Assembly (NCBI GenBank): GCA_043780835.1
Contig: JAYWCB010000011.1
Location: forward strand, 26,767-90,766
Length of the DNA stretch: 64,000 nucleotides
Source of the DNA: Minisyncoccota bacterium
Lineage (GTDB): Bacteria > Patescibacteriota > Minisyncoccia > Phycocordibacterales > UBA2100
Direction of reading: 5' to 3'
Every line of letters begins with the position of its first letter. The first letter of the stretch is position 1. Below, in pieces: positions 9,950-23,500 of this stretch. Under the pieces are notes generated by a model. That model did not search any database. It was given only the letters and a program-made list of their open reading frames with translations, and was not told where the DNA came from. The position numbers and the translations under genes are program-made.

Positions 9950-11443
9950 ATGATGACCCGTCGCATATTGCAGGCATTATTTCTCGGGCTCGCTCTTATC
10001 GCGGTGCCTTCGCTCGCAAGTGCAGCGGAACTCTCATTTTCACCTGCGAGCGGGAGTTTTCCCAGCGGAAAAGAATTTGCGGTCAAAGTGCTGGTAAATC
10101 CCGGAGTTGATAGCATAAATGCCGCCGATGGAGTCATTGCATTCGATAAAGACGTTTTGTCAGTTTCAAGCGTTTCAAAAGACGGTTCGGCATTCTCCCT
10201 TTGGACTGCGGATCCTGCATTTTCTAATACGGACGGAACCATTGAATTTAGCGGCGGCACACCGACTGCATTTTCAAAATCGGGTACCGTTATTACGATC
10301 AAGTTCAAGGGCAAAAAAGTCGGTTCAGGCAAAGTGAGCTTCACGAAAGGTTCAGTACTCGCTGCCGACGGTAAGGGCACCAACGTGTATTCCAAAGGTG
10401 GCGAAGCGACATTTACCATCGAAGAAGCCGCGGCACCACCACCACCGCCGAAAGCCGTCGTTGCACCTCCTGCTGAAGTACCGCCTTCGGGTGAAGCGTT
10501 CGGCGGTTCTCCGCCTATCGCGCCGACGATGACCTCACCCACGCATCCCAAGCCTGAGAATTATTACGGTACGAGCACCGTAACTGTCGAGTGGAAAATC
10601 CCGCCCGACGTTATTGGGATCAAGATGCTTTTTTCAGATAAGGATACTGCGACGCCGAATGTTCTACTGAAAGCGGATGCGTCGTCTTCAACTCAGCGCA
10701 ACGTAGGTGATGGTGTGTGGTATTTTTACCTCCAATTTAAAAACGAGGCAGGGTGGGGAGAAGTCGGTAAACGAAAAATAATGATCGACACGGTGCCGCC
10801 TGCCGAATTTCAGATCGCACTCCTTGATCAGGGAGACGATGCAACGACTCCAAAAATAAGCATGAAAACAACTGACGACCTGGCCGGGATGGATCGGTAC
10901 GAAATATATTTTAATGACGCATCCGTTGGTACCGTAAAAGAGGCGGATCTCGGAACGGGTTTTTTGATACCACCGCAAGCGGGCGGTCCGACGAAAGTAA
11001 AAGTGAAGGCGTACGACAAAGCGGGAAACATACGTGAATCATCAAAAGAACTCACGCTTCCGCTCGTTGCGAAGCCGGTAAAAGGTGCCAAACCCGGTGA
11101 GGTGGTCGCGGTTCCCGGATTCTTTACGACCGAGCGAATACTGCTGCTTATATTCGCATTTGTAATCGGTGTACTTTCAACACTCAATCTCCGAAACCGA
11201 AAATCGAGCGAACGAGATCGTCTCCATATACTCACCGAAGTGGCGGCGGTGCGGGATAAAAACGATAAAATTTTCTCCGCCATGCGTGAAGAATTCGAAC
11301 AAATGGTTCAAGATTTGGATGAAAAACCTCAACTCACGCCGACTGAGCGCGACTTACTTGAGCGCATAAAAGAAGTGCTCGAGGTCTCTGAAGAAATCGT
11401 CGATACGGGAATGGACGCGCTCAAAAAGACGATACGGGGATAA
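9950..11443 (+). CDS. Secreted cohesin-domain protein with Pro-rich linker, C-terminal TM helix and coiled-coil tail
   Basis: Signal peptide MMTRRILQALFLGLALIAVPSLASA, then a cohesin-like beta-sandwich (ELSFSPASGSFPSGKEFAVKVLVNPGVDSINAADGVIAFDKDVLSV...DGTIEFSGG) and an APPPPPKAVVAPPAEVPP linker. It ends with a C-terminal TM (ILLLIFAFVIGVLSTL) and a charged helical tail. Confidence 0.7.
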   Translation: MMTRRILQALFLGLALIAVPSLASAAELSFSPASGSFPSGKEFAVKVLVNPGVDSINAADGVIAFDKDVLSVSSVSKDGSAFSLWTADPAFSNTDGTIEFSGGTPTAFSKSGTVITIKFKGKKVGSGKVSFTKGSVLAADGKGTNVYSKGGEATFTIEEAAAPPPPPKAVVAPPAEVPPSGEAFGGSPPIAPTMTSPTHPKPENYYGTSTVTVEWKIPPDVIGIKMLFSDKDTATPNVLLKADASSSTQRNVGDGVWYFYLQFKNEAGWGEVGKRKIMIDTVPPAEFQIALLDQGDDATTPKISMKTTDDLAGMDRYEIYFNDASVGTVKEADLGTGFLIPPQAGGPTKVKVKAYDKAGNIRESSKELTLPLVAKPVKGAKPGEVVAVPGFFTTERILLLIFAFVIGVLSTLNLRNRKSSERDRLHILTEVAAVRDKNDKIFSAMREEFEQMVQDLDEKPQLTPTERDLLERIKEVLEVSEEIVDTGMDALKKTIRG

Positions 11444-11522
11444 CTTTTATAGAAGTGAGGTTTTTACCCCTCAAAATTGTCCAGTCTTGGCTTGAAATCA
11501 GGACGAAATAACGAATTGCGGG

Positions 11523-11531
11523 TGATAAAAT
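11523..11531 (+). promoter_or_regulatory. Candidate extended -10 element (TGaTAAAAT) for the giant gene
   Basis: GTGATAAAAT lies 57 nt upstream of the ATG at 11588, with no convincing -35. Weak, sequence-only call. Confidence 0.25.
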
Positions 11532-11587
11532 GAGGGGACGGATTTATACCGCATGCGGTGTGTTTTCCGTACACAAAAAAATACCCT

Positions 11588-14500
11588 ATGTTCCCGAGTG
11601 GAATTCTCAAAAAAAGACGCGCGCAACGAGTGCTCGCGGCACTTTTGGTTTTGGGAATTCTTGCATACCTCGCATATTCTTCGAGCGATCTTGTTGGGGC
11701 ATTTGGTGGCACGCGCGAAGCACACATATTTTCTACATCGGTTTCCGCTCAGGGGTGGGATCATTCTGAACGTGCCATATCCCAAGACCTTCCGGCGAAT
11801 GCACCGCTTGAATCGTTCAATGACACAAATTCCGCAGTCGCGGTCATGGTTGCGGTACCGAATGCAAATTCTGGAGGCAGCGGAAACGACACGGGAACTA
11901 CCACGCCTCAAGAAATACACTCCGATGCGTCTTCGACGCCTACGATCGCAACTTCTTCTCCTTCCGAAACGACAGCGCCCCAACAGAGTGCACCCAATCC
12001 CGCGCAACCCGCTCAGATCGTCGCGCCAGCTACGCCGCCGGTTGTAACGCCACCCACAGATACGCCTGCGATCCATGAATCGATTCCGTCGCAAACGCCT
12101 CCGGCAACTGATCCGGGACCCACTTCGTTGATCAGACAATTTATTCATACAACTGAGGAGATTGTGTTTGCACCGTTCGTACCAACGGTCTTTGCAACGA
12201 CGAGCGATGCCTCATCTTCGCCGGACGCGCCGTCGCTTCCGCAAGATTCGACGTCGAAGGATGAATACGTAGCGAGCTGCTTCTTGCAGCAGACCGAGTG
12301 TCATACGCTCGCGTTTTCCGGATTCGGTGTTACGGGTGACATTACGAAAAAGCATTTCAAACACGCACTGGTCAATTTTTCGTTTGCCGATTCCGCGGGA
12401 CGTGAGAACGGAACGCTCGATGACAAGCTCGAGGTTCGCTATTACCACGCCGGTAAATGGAAACAGGCCGGCGAAATGTATCTCAATAAGGACCTTTCGA
12501 ATGAATCGAACGGTGGCTATTTCTCCGCACCGCTCGACGATATAACCGATTGGCAATCGCTCGACGATTTGAAAGTGGTCATAGAGTACGTGCGCGCCGA
12601 CACCGGTAAATCCACCCGTTTGTATCTGGACAGTCTGTGGATCAACGCGCAGTACACGGATACGGTATTGAATATTTTGAATGGTTCGGCAGATCAAGCG
12701 ACGGACTCATCCGATAATGTCTCCCTTTCATTACGGGGACAGGATGACGCGCATCGTACGCTTGTGCTCCCCGACGGAAACAATATTTCATTCAATTTCA
12801 CAGACGATCTCGATGACGGGCTGCCGATGCGTTCAGATCGAAAAGTGTATACGTCTGATGCCTCATCAAGCGACGGGTTATTCCGATCGACCGTATACGT
12901 GAGCGTCTCGAATCCGGGAGATAGCCCCGACTCGTTTACGTGGTCCGGAGCGTTTTTCGAGGGGAAGGGCAGTGTGACCGGCATTTCGCAGTTTTTACGC
13001 AATGTTGCGAGTTCCACAGAAGCATCGGTTCAGAACGACGTCACATATCTCTGCGATTCGCAGTGGCAGAGTGCAACGACTACTGGCAGTTACAGTTGCT
13101 CAGCGACAGGGGAAGTACATCAATGTTCATGGTTGAACGCGACGAAACAAAATTGTCTCGAGTCCGACGTGACGGTGGCGACAAGCAGCAGTGTCGCGTA
13201 TCTCAATGATTGGGTACCACAGGATATCGAGGTCGTGCAAAGTGCCGATGACACGAAACTACCCAACGGCTACAAAACGAAGAACCGCACTCGTAAATCA
13301 TTTGATATTCTACCGGGCCAAACATTGTATTTCCGTGTGCAGCTCGAAACCACACAGCCTGATCCGCAAAAGTTTTATCTGTATGTAAACGGCGGTACTA
13401 AATCCGGCGATCTTGAATCGGCACGTCTTAAAAAAGAAAGCGATCTCGTCGCACAAAAAAACCGGAAAGGCACCGTGCACAAAGGGGTGCCGCATGTGAA
13501 GCGTGCGCAACTCAATGACCAGCTGTCAGAAAAGACAGAATTCAATGCCGACGACCGGCCCTCGTTTGAATTTAAGTTCAAGACGCAGCGCGGATTATTT
13601 ACACGAATCAAAGACCGATTGCTCGGAACGAAGGTTGCGTTTGAAATCAAAGATACGAAAATCGAAGATGCCAACGGCGATGAGACACGGTTACCGGTCG
13701 ACATCAATTACGGAAGCGACGAGACCTGGAATCTGACGCTCGGCTCGCCGACGAGGGAAATTAAACCGGGAAAATACACGATCGATATGACAATCATCGA
13801 GGCGGGTCATACATACACCGATACGGTCGACTTCTTTTGGGGAGTGCTTGCAGAGAACACGGACAAAGCGACGTATGAACCTGGGGAAAACGCGCATTTT
13901 GAAATGGCTGCACTGACCGACAGCGGTAACACGATGTGCGATGCATCATTAGTGCTTTCCATCACCGCGCCCTCGGGCGAGATCACCGACGTGCCGGTGC
14001 AAAACGGACTCGGCTGCGGTATGAACAATGTGACTGATCAGCCTGACTATTTTGCAGACTACACAGTCGATGAAATCGGCACGTCGACGGTTACTCTTTC
14101 CCGTCTTGATCAGAATGGCTCCGTCATTAATTCCGTCACGGATGTGTTTTATGTGGAAGTGGCCCCCGCCCTTTCGGTATCTCGTACCGGTCCGACGCGT
14201 ATCTACCCAATCGCAACATATCCGATGTCGATTGAAGTCACGGCGAACGAGGCATTTACCGGAACCGTTACAGAAAGCCTGCCCGAAGGATTCACTGTCC
14301 CTGATGCCGGGGGTGCCACACTCACGCGAGACAAAGGCGTTGTGTATCTTACCTGGAACGTGTCGCTCGCGGTGGGCGAAACTGCGGATTTCTCCTATGT
14401 GTTTGACGCGCCCGATGCGAGCCCGTATCTCTACTTGCTCGGACCGCTCAAATTTACGCGCTCAGATGGGTCTGGTTTTGAAGAAGGCCGCACGTGGAAA

Positions 14501-17500
14501 GTTGCGTCCGACGCAGTGCCTGTTGCAACCGGTGTCGCATGGCTCACCGGCACCTCAACCACAAACGGAAATGATCTTAACAACAACACGCCATTCGCGC
14601 TGCAATTTGATAAATCAGAAGATTACGACGATGCGTATTATTCACACTCCACATCTACGAGTCCGTCGCGGCTCACGGTCAATATTGCCGGTGATTATTT
14701 GGTTGCGGTCAACGTACCGTGGGAGCGAGCAGACACGAGTAGAAATCCGACAACACTCGAAGTCGATATCCGTGTAAACGGCGCAAAACAAACCGTAGGC
14801 GTCGGTCGCAGTTACACGCTTACCCGAAGCGGCGTCGGTGAATCATCGAGTCACGTGTACGCACTCGTCAGAAATTTGAGCGTCGGTGACTACATTGAGG
14901 CATATTCGCACACAATCACAACAGTTACCGCGGGAGATGTCATGCTTGTAGGAACGCGCGCATCAATGTATGTGGAATATATTCCCTCGACTGAAACTGT
15001 GTACACCGCAACCGCAACGACAACCGTCGCGGATACAAATCTGAACACAACCGGTGCAACAAAAGTGGTGTGGTACGACGGACGCAAGGATACCGGATAT
15101 ACGCACGCAAATGCAACCACATCCTCACCGGAGAATGTCACGATTGCCGCGACGGGAGATTACATGACATTTATTAATATTCCGCTCAACGGCGCTGTTG
15201 CCGGAGAAAACGTGCGGGCACGCGTGGTACTCAACGGAGTCGTCGTGACCGGAGGAAATTTCAAGCAGGGCTATATTTCAAATTCGGCGGGAGCAACACA
15301 ATCATCGCTGCAATGGAGCGGTGTGGTACACGCAACATCTTCGAATTCGGTATTCACCGTCGATGTGCAGCAGGAAGGCGCCGCGGGGACCATGACCGTG
15401 GGAAGTGACGTCGGATCGTTGTTTATGCAAAAACTGCCGTCAACTGATGTATATTTCGGCAGCGGTCAAACGCTTTCAGGCGGTGGAACCAACTTCAACA
15501 TTACGCCGGCACAATCGATCCGGTATGCCACGGATACCGTTGCCGACCTTAATGCGTACACACACTCAACGACAACAAATTCCCACCAAGTTACGGTAAA
15601 AAAAGCAGGGGATTACCTCCTCGCGATTAATGATTCGCTCTCGGGCGCAGTCACACGCGGCAACATCATTATTCAAGTGCAGAAGAACGGTGTCGATGTA
15701 AGCGGAGCTGCGACAAAAAATCATTACATGTCAGGTGTGAGCACGCATTCGGAATATTCCGGATCGCTTGTCTTTATGCTGCGCGATCTGGCGGTGAACG
15801 ACGTCATTTCGGTAACAACGGTTCTCACAGGAACTGCAGGTACGGTAACCGCAGATGAGGGCGCATCGATTATGTTGTGGCGGAAAAATCCACAAAGCTT
15901 GTATCAGCAAAACACCTATCGTTGGTACGCAAACGTGAACGGGGAACCGCCCACGGATCCGTGGCCATCCGGCGCAGTCGATGTGCTTCAGGGTGATCCG
16001 ATCACCAACGGTATTCCCATAAAGTCGTCCGATGTAGTGCGTTTGCGGATGAACCTCCTTGCGGTTTCAACCACAACCGCATTTGCCGACTCATTTAAAC
16101 TGCAATACGCGGCCGGATCAACGTGCTCGGCGGCACTTTCTTGGACGGATGTAGGAGCAATCGGAAGCGGTGCAATCTGGCGGGGATATGATAACGCCGG
16201 CGTGACGAATAACACGACACTCTCTTCAACCACACTCACAAATTCAAATGTAAAAGAATCGTATGTCGAACAGAACCCCTCGACGACCACGCCCAACGGC
16301 GTGGGCACCGGACAAAATGCCGAGTACGACTGGACGCTGCAAGACAACGGCGCGACTGTCGGCGGAGATTATTGTTTCCGTATGGTGGACGCAACGACCG
16401 GTCAAGGACTCAAAAGTTATCTTGATTATCCGGCGCTCACCACAAACTCGACGCCGGACATACCGGTACTGGCGGCCCCGTTCGATAACGAGAAATCGAC
16501 CAGTACCACGCCATGGTTCGATTTTGCCGCTGCAGAAATAAACGGAGAGAATGTGCATTACGAAGTACAGGTTTCGACCGATCCCAATTTCGGTACAACG
16601 CTTTTGGATCGCGATTCGTTTACAAATTATGTCGAGTTCCAAAACACGACGTCTCCCGCGAATAAATCCCCGTTCAATCAATCCGATAAAATACGATTTA
16701 TTCCGACAACCGCGCTTTCAAACGGGACAACCTACTGGTGGCGAGTCCGGGCAAAAGACCCGACAGGCACCAACACCTACGGAAGTTGGTCGATATCGCG
16801 CAGTGTCACGGTGGATACCTCGGTGACTGTCTCCACATGGCATCAAACAACGCAGGCGCAGTTCCTCGAAGATCAATTGCTGAGTGCGACAACGACCATT
16901 GCCAATGACGTGCAAATCAGCGGCGTACTTGCAACCAGTACCGTCATTTCGCCACAGATTAATTTCAGTGGTATGACCTACGGTAATACGTGGGGATCAT
17001 TGACGTGGAACGATGCACACGTGCTCGGCACGATCATGTACCAGGTGCAATATTTTACATCGACCTCATCGTGGGCACTGATTCCTGATACGGATTTACC
17101 GGGCAATTCGCTCGGCACATCCACACAACCTATTTCACTTGCCAATCTCGATGTGACAACGTATGGCGCACTGCGCGTTGTTGCAAATATGACGAGAACA
17201 ACGGGAACTCCAACACTCTTTGACTGGACCGTAAACACCGCGCTCTCCGTCACGAAACCGGTGTTATCAAAACCCTTCGATAATGAAAAGACCGCAACAA
17301 CGACGCCAACATTCCAATTTATATCAACAGATCCACAGAGCGATCGTCTTCGGTATCAAGTCGAATGGTCGACCGATTCGGCGTTTGGTACCGGAACATT
17401 CCGCATATCCGGCACAAATGCGGGCTTTAGTAATACCGCCTCGTCAACCGACACCGATCCATTTACACAGAACAATACGATACAGTTTCAACTACAGAGT

Positions 17501-20500
17501 GCAGACGTGCTCACCAACGGAACGACGTATTGGTGGCGTGTTCGGGCAATTGACCCGACGGGAGGTAACGCGTTTTCACAGTGGTCTGCGGGGAACAGCT
17601 TTACGGTCGACACATCGCTTGCGGTTTCGACGTGGTTCCAGACAACACAGGCACAATTTGCGAAAGACACGTTCATTCGTACGATAGCGTCGACTTCGAA
17701 TTCGGTGATTTCATCCGTCGATACGGGAAAAATCGCAATCTTCCGTACTGCGACGGCAGGTGAGGCACTGACGACATCGGTATTCACACATGGATTCGAT
17801 ACGACTGTACGGCGCGATGATGTGTATGCGCTTTCAGGCACAACGACTGTCGGATTGAAGAAAGGTCACTATGCAGTGCTCTATAGTACGCGATTTGATT
17901 CCACCGGCGGCACAAACAGAACGGATGCACAAACGAATTTGAATATTGCTGGCGTGAACAGTCCAATCGGATGGTCGTCGTCATATCTGCGCCGCTTAAA
18001 CGGTGCGCAAGAAGGATTCAATGCGGGCGGTGGCATTATTTATGCACCTGCAGACTCGACGCAAGTGCTGTTGCAATCATTCCGAACTGATGCCAACGTC
18101 GCAGCGACAGAGACGCGTGTCGCAAGTACTACGCTGCAATTTGTAAAACTGGACGATGCATGGGATTACGTGCGACTGGGAAAGAAAGTTAAACAAACCG
18201 GACCGACGTCCGCCTCGTGGTTGACGATTTCGTATGATCGTCAGGATGAACTCGACACAGGATCGTTTGATCATACTGTCGGATCAGGCAACATCACACT
18301 CAAGAGTGTTGGTCACTATCTTATATTTGCAAACACGTACGGATCACTCGCAACCGGATCCACCATTCCATCTCAAGTGAAACAAAAAATCATCTTGAAC
18401 GGTGCAGATGTGGAAGGCAGCTTCACGACGGTCTATATGAACGGCAACGCCAACGGAAATGCCGTCTATCAAGGTGCGGCCGCAATCGGTATGATTATTG
18501 AATCAACAACCACAAACACCGTGTTGAACGTGCAGCTTGCTCGATCGATCGGCACCTCAGCGTGGTCAATCGATGCAGATAATACGGGTGCGTATGTAGA
18601 TCGCACCGGTGTGACGATTGTAAAAATTCCGGACGGGAGCTTCGTTCGTTTGCAGAATTCAAGCGCGATCAATATCAATACCGCCACCACGAGTGCATAT
18701 GTATGGGATACCGAGAACGAAAAAGACGCCTCATTTACGCACAGTAATTCGACAAACAACTCCCGCATTACGGCGACGGTTGCCGGTGACTACCTCTTGT
18801 TCGGTAACCTTTTTGCCCAAGGAGCGAACTTGACCGACGGTGAACCGGGATTCTCGTGGGCGAAAAATGCAGCGCTCATTCCGTATGGCGTCTCGGGAAC
18901 ATACAGTGCAAATATAACAACCAGCGATGCCGGAAATTGGTCGGGTATGATCATGCCGAGCGTTGTGAACGGTGATTTCTTCGAGTTTATGTCGGAAGCA
19001 TACGGGCTTGCCGGGTCCATGCCGGGCGATCGTAAGGCGCTCGAAGGTATGCGAATCGCATCACTCACCGAAGCCGACACCAACCCGGTCACTGTCGAAT
19101 CTCAAAGTATCAATTTCTCCGATGGCACCGGTCCGAAATGGGCAACGTTTTCGTGGAGCGCAACACAGCCCGCGTCGACTTCGCTCAAAATGCAATTGGA
19201 ATACTTGAACGCCTCGGGAACATACGCACTCGTTCCGGATAATGCCGGCTTTATCGCGGGGTATCTCAACTCTGTGGGTACTACATCGACCTCTACTATT
19301 AACATTTCAGGCCTCTCGCGTATTACATACGCCACCATTCGCGGTCTTGCGACCTTTACGTGCGGTAACAACAATTGTCCGACACTCGATGATTGGACCG
19401 CAAGTTGGGCGCAAGGAATTCAGATTTCAGGTACGGCCAAGAAATTCGATGAAACCACGAATGTAACGAGCGGTACCGTAGCGGTTGCGGTGAACGGCGT
19501 GCTGCAAGCGGGAAAAACAGGTACGATTTCTGCCGGTGTGTGGACGATCGCAAACGTGACGGCTTTTACCGGTGATGTGATCACGGTCTATATTTCCGGC
19601 GCTGCTGATCCCAATGAGGCGGTTGCCGTTAGTAAATATCTTACGACCGGAGATGTAACCGGCATGGAGCTCTACGAAGATCATTTGTCACTCGGTTCAA
19701 ATGACAACCCGACACTGACGAATGCCGATATTGACCTCTATGATAATTCAACATCCGGCAACGAAGATATTTTCGACAATGTAACCGCAGGGCCCGATTT
19801 GCTCGTGTGTGCAATTACCGGCTGTTCCGGTAACAAATTATATATTCGCGTAGGAACCACCTTTGAGCCAAATGTCTCACTCAGTCGCAGTGTCACCACA
19901 AAGGATATTTCCATCAAAGGTATCCTCATCGCCGACGGCAACTCGATAAACGTAAGCGGCTCGTGGGCCGATAGCGGACAATTTGCGAAGGGCAATTCAA
20001 CCGTGAATTTCACCGCAACATCTACCACGGAAAGCGTTGACTTCACCGGTGCAACGTCAACGTCATTCAATAACGCGACGTTCGGTTCATCGGGTACTGC
20101 AACGTGGAACCTCTTGAGCGCACTCGACGTTACGGGCACGCTCACCATCAACAACGGTACGCTCTCACAAAACGGTAATCACCTCATTACGCTCTCCGGC
20201 GATCTCACGATCGGTTCGAGCGGTGCATTCACAAAAGGGACGGCATCCACCACGTTCAACGGTACGACATCAAAGATTTGGACCGATAGTAGTGCATCAA
20301 AACAAGATCTGGGCGATGTATTTATAGACGGCGCTGCAAAAACAGTGACGCTCGGTTCCAGCGTAAAGGCGACGAACATCACGATCGGAGCGGACGATAC
20401 GTTCAATTTGGGCGGTGCAAATACTGTCACCGTAAATGGTAATTGGACAAACAATAATGCGTTCGTGCCGCAAACCGGCACCGTGCTTTTCGCCGCAATG

Positions 20501-23500
20501 ACAACCGGAAACACAATTACCCCGGGAACATCCGGTTTCTATAACCTCACGTTCAACGGCTCGGGCGGTAACTGGGCATTCTCCGGCGCGACCGCTTCAA
20601 TTACAAATGACTTCACCGTCACCAACGGTACGATTACACTCCCGACCGGCACCACCACCATTGCCGGCAATTTTTCAAACAGCGCCACCTTCCAACATAA
20701 CAACGGCACCGTACTGCTTACCGCCGCTTCTGCAAAAACAATCACGACGGGGGCATCTACTTTTTACGACCTCACGTTTAACGGATCAGGTTCATGGTCG
20801 TTCACCGCAGCGAATGCCACATCATCACGCAATGTCACGATAACGACAGGCACCGTTACCATGCCGTCGGGTACCTTTGCAATCGGCGGATTCTTTGCAA
20901 AGAACGGCGGATCATTTACGCACAATAGCGGTACGCTCAAATTCACCGCAACAACCGCGCAAACACTGAAGCTCGGCGGATCAGATGCAAATAACCTCAC
21001 ATTCTCCGGAGTCGGTGGGTCGTGGAGTTTTGCCGATACAAATGCCACATCGACCGGCACGTTCAGGATAGAAAACGGCACGACGACGCTTCCATCGGGA
21101 CTCTTTACGGTTGCCGGCTCGTGGACAATCGCGGGTGGTGCATTCGTGCACAACAGCGGTACCGTGAAATTCAATGCTGGCTCGTCCGGTCAAACGATCC
21201 AGCCGAACGGCTCAAACTTCTTCAATATTGATTTCAATGGTGCGTCAGGCGGCTGGACCATTGCACAAAGCGCAACCTCGACCAATAATTTCACCCTCAC
21301 CAACGCCGCCACATTTACGCTCGGGAGCGGATTCTCGCTTGGTGTTGGCGGGACGTTTACGAATGCGGTTGCACCAGCAACAACAACATGGAGCGGTAGC
21401 ACTCTCACGCTGTATTCCGGCGGTACGTATTCGATCAACACAAAATCAAACGCGGGAGATACGTACGCGACGCTTGTCATCTCTTCAACGACGAAAATTT
21501 CAATGTGGAATTCTTCGGCTTCCACGTCCACTGTCTCAAGCGGAAGCTATCTATACTCACAAAACAATGCCGCCGTTTCCGGCGATCTCTACATTGCGGG
21601 TGTTTACACACGATCGTCCGGTACCGAATATTGGAGTTATGCGACAGACTTCGATGGTACTGCACTCGGCGGCTCATCGAGAAGAGTCAACGTGCGCGTC
21701 GCGACCTCGTCCACGCTCACGTTCTCCGGTGGGACGCTTCAGATTTTGGGTTCAGCAAGTGCGTCTACCACCATTGATAATCAGGGAAGCGGCGCATACG
21801 CGTTTGCGGTTTCAGGAGGCACGCTGAACGCGCAGTACTACCAGGTGCGCAACACTGATTTGAATGGACTCAATATTTCCGGCGCGACGTCTATTTCGTC
21901 GCTTTCTGATGGTGATTTCCAACTCGGCGTGAACGGCGGGACCATGATCAAAGTTGCGAGTACGGTCATTGATGCGAACGTTGCATTCCAAATTTTACGC
22001 AACCGCTTCGCCACGTCGTCGGGTGTGAGCGTTGGTTCAAACGTGACGGAAACCGGCGTGCCCGGTTCGTATTGGTGGTTCAGAAGCCACTACGGCAATT
22101 ATGCGGGAGAAAGCTTCGACAACGATCCCAAAGTAAGCGATGGCGGTAATCCCGGATACATTCGGTGGGATGACTCAAATCTCTCGATCAATATTTCCGG
22201 CCGCGTATATTCTGATCACGGTTCGACAGTGATCGGCAATCCGCCGTGCGATGGCGTAACACCGGTCGTGAAGCTCGTTGTAAATAGCGGCACCTCATAT
22301 ACCGCTGCGTGTAATGCAGGTACCGGTTTGTATACGATCTCCGGTGTGACCGTTGTGGGCGACGTTGTGCTCACTGCATTTTTGGATACCAACGGCGGCA
22401 CGCGCGCGGTAACCATTTCGCGTACGCCGAGCGCCGACATCGCGAATTTCGATCTCTATCAGGACGTGGTTATTGTCCGTCACGAAGACGTAACGCCGAT
22501 CACCATCGCACAACTCGCGTTTTACGACAGCACAAAAGATACGGACATTCCGTTTACGGCATCGACGAGTACACCGCCATCCACGCTCGCTGTGAAGCCG
22601 GGCACAGAATTGTATGTGTGGGCAGGCAAAACATTTACACCGGGCGGCAACGTGACATTGCAGAGCGGAGGAAACGGCAACATACGAGACGGGCGACTCA
22701 TGCTTGCAACGAGCTCTGCGTACCTTGCAACCGGATCCGAAACACACGCAATCGGAGGCGGCCTGTCACTTGCAAGCGGAGACACGTTCGGGACGGCAAG
22801 CTCAACATTTACATTCACCGCAACCACCACGAATAAATCATTCAATTCTTCAATCGCGCTCTCGTTTTACAATCTCGTGTTCAACGGAACCGGCGGCGGA
22901 TGGTCGCTCGATAGTGCAGCTACCACGAGCGTGACAAATTCGTTTGCAATGACTGCGGGCACACTTTCGGGGACGGGGGACATGAATATTACTTCGGGAA
23001 GCGCGACTGGCGGGGGCACCATCGCGATGACAGGCGGCACACTCCAACTGACGGGAAGCGGATCAATTGGCAGCGCCTCATCATGGACGTTCAACAACCT
23101 TATTCTTGGAAGTGGCGCGGTTGATTCAACATCAAAAACGGGTGTGGGCACCACGACCGTCAGCGGCATGCTGCGAATAACGTCCGGCCAAACGCTGAAC
23201 GCGAGCTCAACAAATTGGGTATTTACCGGCGGCGGGTCTCCGTTTGTGGTAAACGGTACATTCAATGTGCAATCCGCGCCGTTCTTCTTCACTTCGAATG
23301 CTTCAACCACCATTGCCGACGTCACGTATGCCATGCTCACGCTCGCACCGGCGAGCGCGGGAACACCGGTGTACACACTGAAAGGTGGAGCGCTCTCAGC
23401 AAGCGTGCTTACGCTCGGTGGTGTGAATCCCGTCCTTGTCGATGCAGACTTCAATGACCCGTCGATTGGAATAACCGGAACCGTGACGATTGGCGCGGGC